DNA from: Phoronis australis
Taxonomy: Eukaryota; Animalia; Phoronida
DNA length: 64,000 nucleotides
Assembly (NCBI GenBank): GCA_002633005.1
Contig: NMRA01000594.1
Coordinates: 30,949 to 94,948 of the forward strand
Reading direction: 5' to 3'
The translations under genes were made by a program, and so were the position numbers. Below, piece after piece: positions 48,601 to 60,967 of the stretch. Below the pieces are notes generated by a model. That model searched no databases, was not told the DNA's origin, and saw only the letters and a list, made by a program, of their open reading frames with translations. The stretch's first letter is position 1; each line of letters starts with the position of its first letter.

Positions 48601-51600
48601 GGGGCTATTCGGAGAATTCTCCTCGCGGTGTCGCTGCTGTACTAGTGGTGATTGAATTGCGCATGCGTGGCTGTCTGCATGTAAACAACTGGTAAAGGAT
48701 GGAATTGTTATCAAAATAAGTCGTCGCGCTAAGCCTTATTACTGCTAATATCCTTTGTGCAAGTCTTCGACAGGTGGTCACAAATTCCCAAAAGACCTTA
48801 AGTTACTATATTCGTGGACAATTGCGGTCAAAACGGTTAACTAACTGACAAAAAGTGTGTGGATGCTGCAGCTCCGTGTGTGCTCTATGACTATGCAGTT
48901 CCATTCGGAGACTACACAGCTTTACTTGGTAAGTTTTTAGCAATCAGTTTCTATCAACACCGTTCGGTGATGTTATCCCCACCAGTTACCTCAATGAATA
49001 ACAGGTTTATTGAGTGGAACTAAGTGTTTCTTTTAGGAAACTCACCCGATGCCGTGTAGGCTAGCAGCACATATTGATATTTTCCTGGGTCGGGGGAGTG
49101 CTCCCAAAATAAGAGGTGTATGGTAGGTGATGCACAGAAGTCAATGGTTACTTTTTCGCAGCAGTTTCTCTTCAGAATTATGCTGTTTCCAATAAAATTC
49201 TTTGGAGGAGTAAGTTTCCTTATTTTATCGCGGACCCCTCCCCGAGAACAACCAGATCAGCTAACTAATTAACATGAATAAGCCTTGATTCAGTAAATGT
49301 CGTAACATTGCACTGGATAATATTTACGCCTAGAATGAATTTTACTTCTTGAGATCAGAAGCACATATTAAATGTCATGAAAAGTACACGTTCTTAAATC
49401 ACTCTTAGCCTATTTCTCATATTTCAATCCAGATATTAAATAAGACTTGGGTACAAAGGTTATTAGTTTCTACACATAAACATGAAGATGAAACGTCAAG
49501 TATGTTCTGCCTTACAATAGTAGTTTTGTCTTGTCTTTTCTTTTACAATTTGCTAATATTTATCTGACTATTCTGTTACAGGTGAGAGAAAACAACTGAA
49601 AACAACTGCCCGACCATCTATTTTACCTTTGGACAAAGTGAAAAGCAATCCGTCAGCAATAACCTGAGAGAATTGAACATAATTCAGAGATTCAGCACTT
49701 GATATTCCTGATTATGGACTTCGTCGCAATGTTGTTTATTTCTGTGCTTTTTCAGTTTTCCATTTGTTTTTAAATACACTGATAAATGTTTATTGCCGAA
49801 GCTTGTGCATAGCAGATTCTTATCCAGCTATCTCACAACTGAAAACATACAATAAGACAATCGATGCAGACACTGAATGTCATTTCCCCATAATGTGTGC
49901 CAAATTGTTTACCAATAGTATAAAGCCTTTCTTCTGAAAGGAAAATTTAATATCACTCAGGTTTTGGCTTTCATTTAACTGGGATCTAGTTTCAATGGCC
50001 TATAGAATCGCTTGTAAAAAAGGTCCAGTTTCGACACGTGGCTTTCTTTCATGTAACCTTATTCAGCCTCAATAACATCCACAATTAGACCCTTGAAAGT
50101 AAACACATCAGCATACCACTTGAATCGTTTTGAGCCCAAAATCAGACCCTGAACCAGACCAGAGTGTCACTAGGTCTTATTTAGCTTCAGTCCCTCATGT
50201 TTCTTCCAGGAAAGGGAGTAAGCTATTGTCCACACATGACTCATTGCCTATGAAAGAGCATCCTCACCAACAAGGCTTGTATAGCAGTCAGATATAGTTC
50301 GTCTGAATACACAGAAAGTCCAATGGCACACTGTCTTATGGTAACTTAGTACAGCGATTCACATTTCTCCAGGGCCACTGATTTGTACATTGTGCCATGC
50401 AACACTGCTGGTGTGTGGAAGTGCTGTGGGAAGAGAACGGAGTAACAAAGCTTGTCTATGATACTGCTTGAAATGGCCTTATAATGTCACTGAACCTGGA
50501 ACAATAATTGAAATATGAACAATTAAGTACTCCAGGTTGGGTCAATAATGTTATCCCTGTTTTTCAAAAATATGATGACTGCTCTACAGTTTCATATAAA
50601 ATTAAATAATTACTATTTTCAGAAACCAAAGGTGAATATAATAAGTATTGCAAAAAACTGTGTCTTTATTTATTTTTCCTAGCCATAACAATTTTTAAAC
50701 GCATCACTTGTCTGCAAAATATACAATTTTTTGAGACAACTTCAAACCTCTGTTACCCATTTTCAAGCCTTTTTAATTTTAAAACCGATTACAGGTTCAT
50801 GGGTCTGTCAAGCATACTTCTAGTCTAAGGTTGAGTAAACCGACTTGGGACATTTAAAAATGATGGATAAGCTTTCTGTTGTTTAAAAGTAATTACAATT
50901 CGTAAGGCACCATCAAAAATGCAATTTTCACAAAAATGGCAGTCATTTGACTTCCTAACGACTTGCAACATTTCAAGACATGAGTTATGACTATTTAGTC
51001 TTTGTGAATATAGAAATTGTAATATATTTTCATGGGTTTACAATTGATACAAGTAGCAAAACAGTTTCATGAAATCAACTTGAAGGGACTTCCTGAAGGT
51101 CAATAATTACCTCACCAGGCTATTTTCATCAAATATGTATTACCTGTTATTTCTGCACATTCATTTGTACCAAATATTATAACCCCAACCCCCCATGCCT
51201 ATCCCCCGCTAAGGACACAATGACTTACATACTTTTCTTTATAATAACTGTTCCTTTTCAAAGGCTTTGTTCGTTGTCTCTAATATAGAAAGTAGGCTTT
51301 GACTACCGATCTGCACTGGATGGGAAGATATTGTTGGTTAGCTGCAGTCAAATGCTAAAAAACATTTTTTGTCCATTCAGTGACGGTGCAGAAAAGATGC
51401 ATATCTCCTGTGCACGGTACAAGCCATCAAACCTAAAAACCAAAGGTAACGTTAAAACAGACGTGATATATTTCATATTCAACGTGTAATAGATTTCCAG
51501 AAGACGTATGATAGGGAGTAAACAAATAGTCTAATGCAATGGATATTTGTCAAATACCTTTTGCCATTGTGCTTGGATTGTAATCTTAACCCTGTATCGA

Positions 51601-52041
51601 GTTCACAGCATAAACATTCGGCATTGATTGGTGTAAGTGTCACTGATAAACTGTCAGAAATCATTCCAAATAATAACAATGCTTTGATGTACGAAAAGAT
51701 CCCGATTTCTACGCCAATTATCGTATCACTTATCACAACAAACAAAGATTAACCTGACTGACGACCGCTGCGAAGTCGACATCAGCAAATACCTCAGTTA
51801 ACAGGCATCAATAGATTAATCATGGAATAATCGTTAAAATAATTACAAACCTTACCTTTTTATAAGGTCGTGCTAACTTCCTGTCATAGAAGCACCCTTT
51901 TCACGCAATCTCAGATTCAGTTGGCACGTCTGCAAGCCATTTCACCATGTATTTAAAGGGCTCGCAAAATCGAGGCTGTTAATCTCATCACCACTAGTAC
52001 ACGCATGCCCTCTAGTTATTGTAGATTTTATGAATAGCCCC
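48601..52041 (+). mobile_element. ISL2EU-like DNA transposon, copy 2
   Basis: AT|GGGGCTATTC...GAATAGCCCC|AT. THAP-like YC..P.CKS..GHKFPKD...W..AVK, SVCS and LKTTARPSI. Minus-strand YqaJ-like LTAAN, HGTMYKSVALEK..GL.V...YL.A...LVGEDA at ~50260-50420. About 800 bp extra (50457-51265) relative to copy 1. Confidence 0.8.
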
Positions 52042-52073
52042 ATTTGAGTACAAAGAAAGTCTCATTACTGAGA

Positions 52074-52095
52074 AGTGTGTGTGTGTGTGTGTGTG
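52074..52095 (+). repeat. (GT)n microsatellite
   Basis: About 10-11 GT units. Confidence 0.9.
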
Positions 52096-52529
52096 ACAAA
52101 ATGGAACTAATCTATCACAGATAGTCAGTGTTACACAAATTAACTGCTGTCACGAAAATTCATAGACCTCTTAAACAAGAAAAAAGATCTAGGTGAGCAA
52201 GGAAACGTTGAGTAAAGGCTGAGCCTAGTACTAATACTACTAGTAAAAAACAAAGGAAATTGTCAGTTCCCTTTAACAGTGTTCAAAGAAAGAGTCATGT
52301 GCTACAGAAAATGATATGCTTGCCTTTTTCATTTTTTCATTTCAGCTTTTCTGTGTAACTCCTTGCTTTTTGTGTGTTTTTCCCTTTTTAGTTTTCGTTT
52401 CTTTAATGAAATTACGGTAAGTTTATGCAATTGCTGAATTCAATTACACTTAAATTTCAAGTCAATTGACTTCTTATCCAAACTACTTTCTGAACTTTCT
52501 AAACATAACTGAATATTGGTCGTAAACGG

Positions 52530-53740
52530 TTACTTCAATGCTCGAACCAATATCTGGTTTCCTGAAGACCACGATGATCAGGCGGGTATTGAACTATTGT
52601 AAGGACTACTTACTACTTGAAAAGGACCACGTCGAACTGGTCTACCAGATTTTCCGCAACTTCCAAATCGTGCTTTGACTTGTGTATTACCAACATCATC
52701 AGATCTATTTTGTCCACGTTCGTTTTGCCCCCCCCCCCAAACGTCTCTCGGACCACCATGTTATAAACATTCGTCCATACTATCATGTTCACCTCAAAAC
52801 GCACTCCCTCTTATAAAACGTGTTTGGAAATACAACAAATTCAATTGCACAATGACTTAATCAATCTGGTTTGGGATCCATATCTCAGTCGAAACAACAT
52901 CGATACTGCAGCTTCGTGATTCAGTAAAGAACTCACATCAATCCCAGAGAAAAACATTTCATCCAAATTCAAAGTAGTTGCCACAAAAACAAACCATGGA
53001 TTACAAACAAGATAAAGCGCGAACTTAGAAATCGCACTTAGTTATGCAAGTGCTACGAACAATCTGGCAACCCTCTTCATTTAAATCAATACAATGAACG
53101 AGTCTTAACACGTATAGTATAATAGTATAATAGGAACTACAAAACATAATTGCAATACGGACTTACTCAAATCATTTAAGATGTTTCTAAAAACTCTAAG
53201 GAGTACTGGAAATTTGTAAACAAAACAAGTGGATACTCAGCCAATAAAAAGTTTCCTCATATTTCTTCTAAAGACCTTGTCAAACACACCGACACAACAT
53301 CTTAAAATGCACACTATATATAGAATATTTCACAATCAGAGGCCACATCAATCCAAATAATCGAGACGCAGTACCTCAACTATCAATTAAGTTGAATGAA
53401 TAACTCACTGATCTACAAACTAATAATGCAGAATTTAGAGAACTTATTGAAGTTATCGTCGTTAACAAATCAAGTAGATCAAAACTCATCAATAAAATGA
53501 TAAAAATGATAGCTAAAGGATTATCTGTGCCTCTCACAAAACTAATAAAACTCTGTTGTCAGGTCATTATCCTTCCGATTGGAAGTTGGGAGTAATGGTA
53601 CCATTTCATGAGAAGGACTGCAAGTCAGACGAGTCACATTATAGCCCCATCACATTCCTTAACTTATTCTTCAAGATTCTAGAAAAGGTTATATTTCATA
53701 AACTTCTTGGACATCACAATACTTCAGTTACCTGATCATC
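52530..53740 (+). mobile_element. Degenerate CR1-like LINE ORF2 (endonuclease end to RT start)
   Basis: FNAR..W..D...AG, TRF...KSC.DL, PP..SDH, KRVWKY, KPWIT, KEYWKFV, LS.PLT.L, P.DWKLG...PFHEK and Y.PIT.L...KILEK, across broken frames. Confidence 0.7.
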
Positions 53741-54901
53741 TCGTGAATGACAGTAAAACATTATTCTTTATGCTCACATTCAAGCTGAAATCAGTGATGA
53801 AATCACATTTACCTCCTAATCATGATTGTTTGCCTTAACATGTCAAATGAGTAAACTAATAATGTGCGATTCATATTCGTGCCTTGCAAAAATAATGGGG
53901 TGGCTATTGGGACACGGTAAATCTGAAATTTCACTAGATCAAAGTTATGAAAAACCTGAGCCGCAAATATAAATGGAAAAAGTTTCTGATGCAGAAATGT
54001 GCTCTTGTATACAGGTACGCAACTTTCCAAGTTGTGGAGACTGAGTGACAGGGTATCTCAAAAATGTTTTTCGTCGACGACGACGATGATGATGTTAATG
54101 AAGCCACTTTTACAAGTATGTGCTGTGTTGTTCAAGGTTTTAAAAGCTGTGACGTGGTGGAATATATTTACACAATTCTGTAGTTTTCATTGTGTGTTCA
54201 GATTGACCTTCAGACCTGTTTTCAGTCTCTCTTCCCGCACTGGTTGACAATGAAGGACAATGTGGATAATGAGAATTATGACAATATTATAATGAACGTG
54301 TCGATGGTGAAATCAGTGAAGAAGCATTGGTAATGTAAAAGTTATCCATATTTTGTTTAAATGTCAAATCTCTCTCAACTCCAAATAGTAAAAAATATTG
54401 TTCATTTGATATGAGCTCGGTACATAATAGTATGTTTTTCGGCCAACAGGAGGCGCTGCTAAAATGTTTATTTTTTGTGCAATTCAATGCAGATATTTAT
54501 TTCTTGCATTTTTTTTCTTCTCAAGTAATATTAAATTACAAAAACAATGTCAAATTATCATTTAAATTTTGCCTAGTGTTGTTGATTTTTAAATACTGAT
54601 ATTCTGTGCCAAATTGTGCAAACTTCAAGTTGGGAACCTTTTGTATTCTTCAAGTAGATTATTTAAGGACGATGAAGCCACCAGAATTACAAAGTCCCCC
54701 CAAAGGTAGCCAAATAGGTGATTTTCTTGGTCTCCTAGAGTTCAATGGACTATGGTCTATTATACCCCGCCAAATTTTATTCGAAGTCCAATGGGAAATG
54801 AACACTAAAGAGTTTTTTAATGATACGTTTTAGACCATAAAACGTGTCATAAGATTGTACGTGTACGTATGGTTCGATACTTATAGATTATCATATGGCG
54901 A

Positions 54902-55024
54902 AGTCGTTATCCCCCATTATCTAAACCGAGTGGATTTTGGAGAATTATCGCCCGAGTGGCGTTAGCCCCAATGGTGAGAATTCTACAAAATCCACGAGGA
55001 CTCTAGATAAGGGGGCTAACGACT
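54902..55024. repeat. Long imperfect palindrome (foldback element, Crypton-like non-autonomous)
   Basis: AGTCGTTATCCCCCATTATCTA..GTGGATTTTGGAGAATT pairs with AATTCTACAAAATCCAC..TAGATAAGGGGGCTAACGACT. The palindrome is seen directly; the family call is inference. Confidence 0.6.
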
Positions 55025-55523
55025 GAGAACATTCAATAATCTATTTATACCACATACTGAATGAGAAACATTGCAATGAATCGATCTACCTTTCTGGACT
55101 CGCTTCGGCTTTGTAACTACTTTCTATGTCAGAGGCCCGGGGTTGGAGGTCGTGACCTTTTAAGAAAAGCCGAGATATTTTTGTAAAATAATGCTTTTAC
55201 TCATTTGAAAAAAAAAACAAAATTGAAATAAGGTGAATCTATAAATTAAGGTTCAGCAACTGTTATAGCTTACTACACATTTTATCACGCTAAGCTTCGA
55301 CCGGGAATATATCGTCTGCTAATGTAAGTGACCACTTGTAACTGACTGTAATGCTCAAGTCAAAGGATCCCGACCACACGACACCTGCATTCAAATTGGA
55401 GATCGGTGATTTACAAGTGAGAGAACACGAGAGAAAAAATTCATAGCGTATAATTGTAGGTGCAATGCCCTTTTGCTGAACATGCGATTATTGCGCGTGC
55501 TCATTTAAGTATTCTATTTTCAC

Positions 55524-55635
55524 GTTCAATGACGTCAGCCGCTGAGTGGTGTAGTGGTAAAGATTTTTGCAGATATCATGACGTTATATGTATTGCTGAC
55601 GATAACGTACGACGGAGCATCTCATAATCGAAGTG
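55524..55635 (+). pseudogene. KYAT: KYAT exon with an internal deletion in the DEVY motif
   Basis: DFCRYHDVICIAD, then out-of-frame TYDGASHNRS G|GTAAG. The phase-1 donor fits the acceptor at 58754. Confidence 0.7.
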
Positions 55636-55834
55636 GTAAGTTTTACGCCAGGTTTCCCAAAAATGAAAGTTCATCTGTAGAAGATGCATGTATCCCTAGA
55701 TAGTGATATTTGTCTATGGATAGGCTGCATGTTAATTCAACTTGGTTATATGAGTCACGTCTCTTGGTGGTTCAGCTGGTAAAAAATTAATGGCTGAATA
55801 TACGACTGACATTTCATACTCTTATATATCTTAC

Positions 55835-55925
<91 letters not shown>

Positions 55926-55928
55926 TAG
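55835..55928. repeat. (AT)n microsatellite
   Basis: About 90 bp of near-perfect AT dinucleotide. Confidence 0.98.
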
Positions 55929-56049
55929 ATGTCTGTGTGAATATTGCCGTCATCCCTGCTCTACAGCCTAAACTCATAAAAGCATGTTAATGCGATATGG
56001 CAGATGTGCTGTTATGACGGTGAGTACGAGCTTCAGAGCCATCCGAATA

Positions 56050-57030
56050 CTGGAGTATCCCCTAGGGGCAACTTCGATATTTTACGTTTGTCTCTCCATC
56101 TCTAGATTTTCTTGACGGATTTCCAATGCAAGGATTTGGCGAATAGAGTTCTATGTAGATGACAGTGCCATGTCATTTTCGGATTTATTCGAGATAGTTT
56201 ATGCCATCTCCTGATTATTTTATTCATTTTCAAGTCAATTTTCTAAGTGTCCGCCTCATTTTTCACCTTACTGGTTAAAGCATTATTATTAAGATTTACA
56301 GAGTGCGAGCTCCTGATAAATAGACCACTGCTCATATTGGCTTTCGCCTGGTTTCGACTGCTACGGTGCCCTTAGTGGCGATTCTGTTTTTTTCTGTTCG
56401 CGGTCGTATCTCCTTAACCCCGATAGGTGCTTTGTGCACTCTGGCTATAGTGAGCCTACATGTACGGAGCTTACGACTTATTGACAACGAATATCTGGCC
56501 GATCCGCCCTTTAGTGGAAACTTTAGTTTGTATTTGAATCTGTATCTCCGGAGACCATGAATAGATTTTCTTGAAATTTGGTATAGCTGCTAATAAAAAG
56601 TCGACGATGTCCTTCAATGACGACAGGATTCTTCGCATCATGCCGCCTGTCTTATACTTGCCTAACAGCGCAAAGAGTTTTTGTGAAGGTTGAGATTTGT
56701 GTTTTGATCAAAAATCAGACCTGAGGTTGATTTTCGGACGATTGAGTCTGCGCTGACGCCTCTTTGTGATGACACATTTCGCTGATCATGACTTTTCAAC
56801 GAATCTGAATATCGCTGTGCCCACCAGTACCAATTTTAGTTTTTACTCTAGCCTCTGTATCTTCATTGTTAACTGTCGGTTTTTCATGATTTTTTATTAG
56901 ATTTTTTAATTCCATTATAAAGACGACACGATCTTTCAATTTTGGGACGGACTTGTCGTAATCTGCGCTTTCTAGTGACTATTTTTAGTATTTACGATTC
57001 TGTTTTTTGTTGTCCGCCTCCGTATTTGTA
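56050..57030 (-). mobile_element. Possible LINE ORF1 remnant
   Basis: Minus-strand fragments NL.IHGL and LTIARVHK resemble the ORF1 RRM motifs NL.I.G..E and IDRAHR. Heavily degraded. Confidence 0.3.
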
Positions 57031-58753
57031 GATCACGTCAGAAAACGTCCGTGAAAGTTGGCGCATGTGTTTGCACTAACAAAAGCAGGACTGAAGTTAA
57101 TGCGAAGTGGTCCAACTTGCGGTGTGTCCCTTAATGACATACCTTGCATCTGAGACTGTTTCTCTTCTAGGATCGTTGGCAAGTTTAGCAAGTATATTCC
57201 TACTAACTTGACAACAAATCGACGGATGTGCCTATTGCTTTGAACACTTTTGGAATGTGAGCTCCTTTTTTGAAATGGTGAAACGTGGAAAATGTTCTCT
57301 ATTAATGAACCTGACACTCGTGCCCTTCTCAAAATTTAATTAAATATCTTGTACCATTTCAACAAGTCGTGCCAAGGTGCTGATTTCCGTTCAAATCACA
57401 CATTCAAGATCATGAATCAAGTACCTTGTTTGCGAATTATATGGATATTTTGAGCTATGATTTTGTAAAAGACTGTATAGGTAAACTTGATGTCCTAGCA
57501 ACTATTACTTCAAACAAGGACTAGCCTGCACGAAATGCGTCTTTAGTCATTGGAGGACTTGTATCACAACCTGGTTTCGTTCATAAGCCAGCGTCATCAT
57601 TAGCCTAGTGCCTTCTCCCGCCAAAAAAACTACGGTTTCACCGCATGATTAGAATCAGTGTCATCGCAACCAAACCACCAGCTTATCAAAATTTTTGAAA
57701 ACTGAAAATATCGAACAAGTTCACCATGGACACTCACAAACGATGGAAACGCAACTTCGTTATCTTACCATAAAACCCTTCTCTGGTATGCCATCTCCCG
57801 CACGTGACCTATGCATTATGTTATTAGACCTTGCGACCCCGAGGCTAGTTTGCAATGAAAATTTCCAGCAGCCTGCTCGGCTGACTTTTGGTCAACAGTT
57901 GTTTTTATCAAGCCTAATTTCGTTGCTTCATTTTCATTTTTATTATTGATCATTAAGCGAGACTCTTAGTTCAATACAACCTGTCCTTTTTCGGCTAAGT
58001 TAGTCAACAAACCCGATAATTACAGTAGTAATAATTTTTAATAACCGACCTGGGGCTCTGGTTGCAAGCCGGGAGTACACTGTAGTTTGTCCTCACATCT
58101 TTTCAGCTCCAGTGGTAGAACAACTTTCCTATTCAACTATATGCTAGGACTTTTTCAATACGACATTTTTGGGCGTTAAAATCCTGTTACAGTATTTTAC
58201 TGAAAGAAGTGACGTTTGGCCTAAACGAAAAGTTTCGACCCCAAATACGGGTGTGTTTACGTAACTTTCGAAAATTTACTCATAACTGCTTAGCTGAGTG
58301 TGTGTGTTGGTGGGTGGGTGCGTGTGCGTGGGTGTATGCGCGAGGGTGTGTATGTATTATAAGTGTTTTCAAATGTTTCTATAATAATTCATTTGTTTAA
58401 TGTTTATCTGTTGCCCAGACTCAGGTATTCGAAACGATCAATACCTACCAATAAGATTATCAATCTTTTGATTGTCCAGAACTGACAGAAGGCTTTCTAA
58501 TGCATTTCGGTTGAAAAATGGCGAAGTTACGAACAGTTTTGGTGACTTTAAATTCCATAGCAAATACACACACAAACGAATCCAAACAAGTCTCACCTAT
58601 GCCCGGCACAACTTCAGCGGCTTCGAAATCGGATTTAACATTCCAGTGCTAGAGTTTATGATCTCACAATGTTATTTGGGACAGCCGACAAGCAGTCAGA
58701 AATGATAGCCGTCAGCAATTGTTCTTGAAAAGCTGATTGAATGTCCGTTGTAG

Positions 58754-58921
58754 CCTCACTCCCTGGAATGTGGGAAAGAACCATCACTATATGCAGCGCC
58801 GGTAAGTGGTTTTACGATGACAGGTTGGAGGATGGGCTGGTGTTCAGGTCCGAAGGAATTCATAAAGGAATGTGGGAACGTCGCAAGATCCTGTTGGGGT
58901 CCAAGTCCAACAATGAGTCAG
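58754..58921 (+). pseudogene. KYAT: KYAT exon carrying the PLP-binding lysine, with a 1-nt frameshift
   Basis: TAG|..SLPGMWERTITICSAGKW; after one extra T the shifted frame reads FTMTGWRMGWCSGPKEFI...PTMSQ|GTAAG. The exon is 168 nt, but the flanking phases need 167. Confidence 0.9.
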
Positions 58922-60154
58922 GTAAGAGAAGGAAGCAAAGGCACCAGATATAAGTGAGGTGTGCTCTTTATCGAAATAACTATTGTCTGCTCGACGCGGG
59001 TGTGCTTACTTTCTGCATCTCGGCTTAAAATCTCTCTTGAAGGACACTTGAGTTTCAATAAGTGGACATTAAAGACAACAATTTGGCATTTAAAAATCAA
59101 TGTGTGTCCTACAAGTGGTAGACCGAGTTTTTTGCTTATCTATTGGCTTTATCTTATGAATAACTGGTTAAAAGTTGTTTGACATCTAAATGAATTGTTC
59201 CATGTTTTAAAGCTTGAAATATGATTAGGGAATTTGTGTGGCGGAAAGACAACTGAGAAGCACAGGCGTCTATAAATGCAAATTTTTCAATCATCCTGTA
59301 AAATTTCCAAACCCCAACTGAAGGTCACACTTCGTCTTAATGTCTAAATTGTTGTAAAGGCACTAGGGTCTAATCTGAGCACATGTACACGAAAGTCGAC
59401 TCGAAAATTGACCAATTGAATGTCGCACTTCAAGCAAAATTACGAATTTGCCATCGAATTACGCAGCACTATTGATTCAAGTTCAAGTGTAAATTGCTTT
59501 AACCAATTGAACCCCGGCTTTAGAACAGGCCAACATAGATGTTCCAAAAAATGTAATCTATCTTTCTGAATGTGTTCCAAAGTGGAACATACTTCGTTAC
59601 TTGACAAAAGTTACCATTGTGTGGGATGAGTTAAGACACGATTGATGACAATGGTGGGAATGTGTGTATCTATTTTATTACGGAACAAATAGACGTGTAC
59701 ATAATTTAATAAAGCTATGTCCTGTATTTTTGTATTTATTTCTTGTAAATGCTACCGCCCACATTGCAGTGAAACAAATTGACAGTAACTATGAGCGCAT
59801 GAATTATAACATGTTACCTAAGTACGTCTTTCTTTTCATCTCAGCCTCCACCAAAGATTTACAAATGTTTTTCAAATCATTACAGTTTTGAGAGTTTTAC
59901 AATACTAATAGTTTTCCAAAACTAACGTTATTGATATTCGACGTTAACTATTTCTGCGGATGTCTGTGAACAGAGGATATTCCAGCAAAATTGTATTTCG
60001 TTTTCTATCTTCGAGGTGTTACACCAGTGACATACTTTGACCCACTATATCTAAAATATAGTTCGGTCATTCTACGGATGACCAGGAAATAATTGCAACA
60101 GAAGGTTTTATTGCATAAATCGTATCCTCTCACACCCCTTTGTGTAAGAAAAAA

Positions 60155-60680
60155 AGTTTACCTGATGGCGGACAAAATGGCCGGAAGATTTGCAGATGAC
60201 CATTGTAATTTGAGAGTGGAATGTGATAGAGTAAAAATTCAAAAAGGTATACCTATCGTTTGTGAGTCAACAAATCTATAGGAAATAGTTTAACATGGCT
60301 GTGGTGACACTGTCTGTCATTTCCCAAGATGGTCGCCAAAACTACTTCGAATTTCACAACTTCGTCGCATGAACAGATTAGTGTATCGTCTTGCTTCAAA
60401 CATTCATTTGCATCATAGGTTTTCCCGGTCAACTAATCCATTGAGACTCTTTGCGTTTAGCTCTAACGATTTCTACCACCATTTTCTAAGATGGCAACCA
60501 ACTAGTTGATTCGTGTAAGAACTTCATATTCCAGAGACACTCCATCTTCACAGATTTCATATCCTGAGTTTTTTAGTTCAACACGTCCAATGAAATATTG
60601 TTTGCATGGCTCAGATGATTACGAGTACCATGTTTTAGATTGCTAAACAAACTTAATTGCGTGAAAAACATCATGTTCGT
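60155..60680 (+). repeat. Degenerate ~160 bp tandem repeat with AAGATGGC-like motif
   Basis: GATGGCGGACAAAATGGCC (~60164), AAGATGGTCGCC (~60326), AAGATGGCAACC (~60488) and a weaker unit at ~60640. Confidence 0.45.
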
Positions 60681-60967
60681 CTTGACTGAAAGGTCTATCT
60701 CCTCTTGGCAACTGTGTAGTATCGAAAATTAAAATTAATTTAGTGAACTGCTATCCACACGGTCTGTATCACCGCCAGGCAGTTGTAAATGCTAGTGAAT
60801 ACAGACAGACGGAAGGTTTAGCAAAGTGTGTTTAGCAAGTTAAACAGTTTATAAGCACATGTACCGCTCTCACAAGGCTACTCATTAGTGATGTTACAAG
60901 GATGTCCGAAGCAGTCATTTTCAGCCGGTGATGAAAGTCTATACACAATTAACCAGTATTTACACAA

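Noticed and set aside
55538-55562. tRNA A-box-like GTGGTGTAGTGGTAA
   Set aside because: No B-box follows, and it lies within the degenerate KYAT exon.
55790-55990. ORF with a poly-(YI) tract
   Set aside because: It is a translation of an (AT)n microsatellite.
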